A stretch of DNA of 64,000 bases from the human T2T-CHM13v2.0 reference genome, Homo sapiens, in assembly GCF_009914755.1 (NCBI RefSeq), contig NC_060930.1; one strand, 5' to 3'. Every line of letters begins with the position of its first letter. The first letter of the stretch is position 1. The notes beneath the pieces were generated by a model. That model was not told where the DNA came from. It did not search any database and saw nothing but the letters and a program-made list of their open reading frames with translations. The position numbers were made by a program, and so were the translations under genes. Below are positions 60,701-64,000 of the stretch, in pieces.

Positions 60701-62258
60701 AAATAACTATAAGTAAAAAATTGGTTTGTAACACAAAGGATAAATGCTTGAGGGGTGGATACTCCATTCTCCATGATGTGATTATTACACATTACATGCC
60801 TGTATCAAAACATCTCATGTACCCTGTAAATATAGACATCTACTATGTACCCACAAAAATTAAAAATAAATTTAAAAAATAATACTACAAGGCTATAGTA
60901 ATCAAACAGTATGGTACTGGTATAAAAATAAACATATAGTTTAATGGAACAGAATCCAGAATCCAGAAATAAAGCCACATATTTATAGCCAACTGATCTT
61001 TTGCAAAGTCAACAAGAACACACACTGGGGAGAAAAACACCCCTTTCAATAAATGGTGCTGGGGAAATTGGATATATGCAGAAGAATGAAACTGGACCCT
61101 TACCCTCACCATATACAAAAATTAACTCAAAGATGGATTAAAGACTTACATGTAATAAATGAAACTGTGAAAATACTAGAAGAAAGCCTAAGGAAAACTC
61201 TTCTGGATATTGGTCTAGGCAAATAATTCATGACTTAGACACTGAAAGCACAGGCAACATGAACAAAAATAGACAAATGTGACTTAATTAAGCTAAAAAG
61301 CTTGTGCAGAAAAAGAAATAATCAGTGGAATAAACAGACAATCTGCAGAATGGGAGAAAATATTTGCAAAGTATTCACTCAACAGGGGTCTAATATCCAG
61401 AATATACAAGGAATTCAAACACTCAACAACAACAAACAAGCAAATAATCCCATTAAAAAGTGAGCAAAGGATGTGAATAGATGTTTTATCAAAAGAAGAC
61501 ATACAACTGACCAACAGGTATATGGAAAAATGCCCAAAATCCCTAATCATCGGCGAAATGCAAATTAAAATAATAATAAGATATCATCCTCCCCGAGTCA
61601 GAATGGCCATTACTAAAAAGTCAAAAATAATAGATGTTGGCGAGGATGCAGACAAAGAGGAACAGTTACATGCTGTTGGTGGGAATGTAAATTAATACAA
61701 CTTTTACAGAAAACAGTATGGAGATTTCTCAAAAAGCTAAAAATATGATCTAGCAATCAATCCAGCAATTCCATTACTAGGTATCTATCCAAAGGAAAAG
61801 AAATCATTATATCAAAAACATACTTACACTCATATGTTTATCACAGTACTACTCATAATAGCAAAGGTATGAGATCAACCTAGTATCTATCTATGGATGA
61901 CTGGATAATGAAAATGTGTTATAGACAATGAAATACTATTCAGCCACTAAAAAGGAATGAAATCATGTATTTTGTAGCAACATGGATGAAACTGGAGGCA
62001 ATTATCTTAAATGAAACAAGACAAACACAGAAAGAAATATCACATGTTCTCACTCATCAGTAGGATTGAAACAATGTGTACACATAGACTAGAGTATGAA
62101 ATGATAGACAATGAAAACTTGAAAGGGTAAGGGTGTGGGAGAGTGAATAAGAAATTACTTAATGGGTACAAGGTACAATATTCAGGTGATAGATACCCTA
62201 AAAGCCCTGACTTCATTACTAAACAATCTTGTACTCCATAAATTTATTTTTAAAAAAA
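57775..62258 (+). mobile_element. Composite L1MA/L1PB ORF2-3'UTR fragments with two 3' ends (~60880 and ~62258)
   Basis: ORF2 fragments ([23 protein letters not shown]; [11 protein letters not shown]) and two separate 3'UTR/poly(A) ends. Confidence 0.88.
60027..60320 (+). mobile_element. AluSx-like inside L1
   Basis: Full dimer; TSD TAGA(T/C)AAATGGATA. Confidence 0.92.
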
Positions 62259-63274
62259 GAGGAGTGATATAGTTAAGAAAATGTGCTTTCAGTGCCAAGC
62301 AAGCAAAACCATGTTTTGCCTGTCTTTCAGATATGGCTATATTCAATTCAACCCAGTTACTGATGTTTTTCTATCTTAGGAACAAAAGATTTAATTTTAT
62401 GTATTGGCAAACCGCTCTGCATGATTGTTCCTCTAAAGTTTCCATATGTGAAGTTATGACAAATAAGAACCAGGCCATGCTGGAGCAGATTAAAATGGCT
62501 TGAGCAAAACATTATTATTAAATAGTGAACTGGTGACACCAATATTTCCTATGGATATAGATGTAGTCTTATGACAAGGACAACTTTCAGTATCACCAGT
62601 TAAAGCTAGTTTACTACTAAACTTGGCAAACAAAATTAAAGAAACTGATTCTAGCTTCCAAGAGAAAGAAATACTCTCACCTCTTGTTTTTCTTTAAAGC
62701 AGACAAATGGAAGACATTAAATACAGGTGCTTACACTATGCCTTGCCCCCAGATCAGTAAGTGTTGAAATAATTTTTTTAATTATCAAAATTTTATTCAG
62801 AGAAATGTCTCATTAAGTAAATGCTTAGAAAATGACAAGGCCTTAATAGTACCTAGAATGGCTTAAGGGTATGTTTGCCTAATCCTATGTGATCTTCACA
62901 TAGGCAAGTATATATATAGAGCCCCCCAAAAGGATGGAGTTGCTGTGCCAGTTATAATTCCCAAGTGTTCTGCCATTGGCATTCTAAGAATCAGCTCTGT
63001 CCAGGATGATAGTGAGTAGAAACAATGTGAGACTATTAACAAGGTTTACTCTAATGAGGGTTATGACGCATGGCCAAGGCATGTGCAGCCCTTTCCAATC
63101 TGTCGCTTGGCAGTTTGTGTTGAAGAAGTTACATGATCAGAGTTTTATGCTCATATAATGGATCCAAAGTCACCCAAAATATGTAGTAAGACGCATAGAC
63201 AAGTAGATGTCTGTCCATGGGCTTCTTGTTTTTATCTGCTATTAGTCAAGTGCATCACTCAAGGTGAAGGTCTC

Positions 63275-63485
63275 ATGTGAGGGTGATCTCACTTCAACAT
63301 CTGCCACCCACTGATCACCAGGGTTGATTCAGCTGATGTCTGGCTATGCGGGTGTCCCCTTTCTCCACTGTTCCACGTGTAGCCCTCCTCAAGTTGAAAA
63401 CTTGGTTGAAGAGTATGACCTTCCCTGATAGGAAAGGACCATTCTTTAATAAAGGTGTGCAAGTAGCTCTGCAAGCTCTCAAGGT
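63275..63485 (+). pseudogene. 7SK snRNA retropseudogene (RN7SKP-type), 3'-truncated, in the ROS1 last intron
   Basis: ATGTGAGGGTGATCT...CCAGGGTTGATTCAGCTGAT...GCGGGTGTCCCCT...GTAGCT...CAAGCTCTCAAGGT is colinear with the first ~240 nt of 7SK; no Pol III promoter or oligo-U end. Confidence 0.92.
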
Positions 63486-63764
63486 AAAGGTGTCTCCTGC
63501 ACTGCCAGTCTTATAGTCAATCACTGCAAATAGCAAGAAGCCTAATTTCTGCGAGATTCTAAGTTGCGATCCATCTTGCCAGTTTCGTTTGTAAGCAAGG
63601 ACGTCTGCATTTAAATAAACAAAGGGCCTTGCAAACTTTTAATAACAAGAAGTTCTAGATAAGCTGAAGGAGAAATATTTTAAATTCATTTTTCTGCAGC
63701 CAATTAGGCATACATAACAGTAAATGTGACTTTAGAAATGAATTAAGTGACTACTGTATTTTAA

Positions 63765-64000
<236 letters not shown>

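Noticed and set aside
63289-63536. Minus-strand ORFs as a possible extra ROS1 exon
   Set aside because: They are the antisense of the 7SK pseudogene and do not match ROS1 protein

Overview
Human genomic DNA from the VGLL2-ROS1 locus (6q22; locus identified from the encoded proteins). The + strand carries the complete VGLL2 gene: CpG-island promoter at about 28.5-30.0 kb and four coding exons (29653-29733, 32071-32380, 34432-34953, 36346-36386; 954 nt = 317 aa). The - strand carries the 3' end of ROS1: last coding exon 52403-52713, its 3'UTR, and most of the last intron. The two genes are convergent. The rest is mostly interspersed repeats: a hAT transposase fossil, a full-length Tigger1, a full-length L1PA2-like LINE-1 nested in an old L1M, ERV-L internal remnants, THE1/MST/MLT LTRs, Alus, MER33 and a 7SK retropseudogene. 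Best leads: (1) an alternative VGLL2 terminal acceptor at 36200, behind a ~197-nt AG-free pyrimidine tract, giving the Vestigial-family C-terminus GLQPQDKSKDVYWF; (2) a VGLL2 leader with one upstream AUG in each frame, including an AUGA stop/start overlap and a 112-codon spliced overlapping ORF; (3) a LINE-1 whose ORF2 is split into EN and RT halves by one stop plus a new in-frame ATG; (4) several template-switch inverted duplications forming long hairpins. No wholly new gene system is evident. Repeat subfamily names and homologue sequences are recalled, not database-searched.
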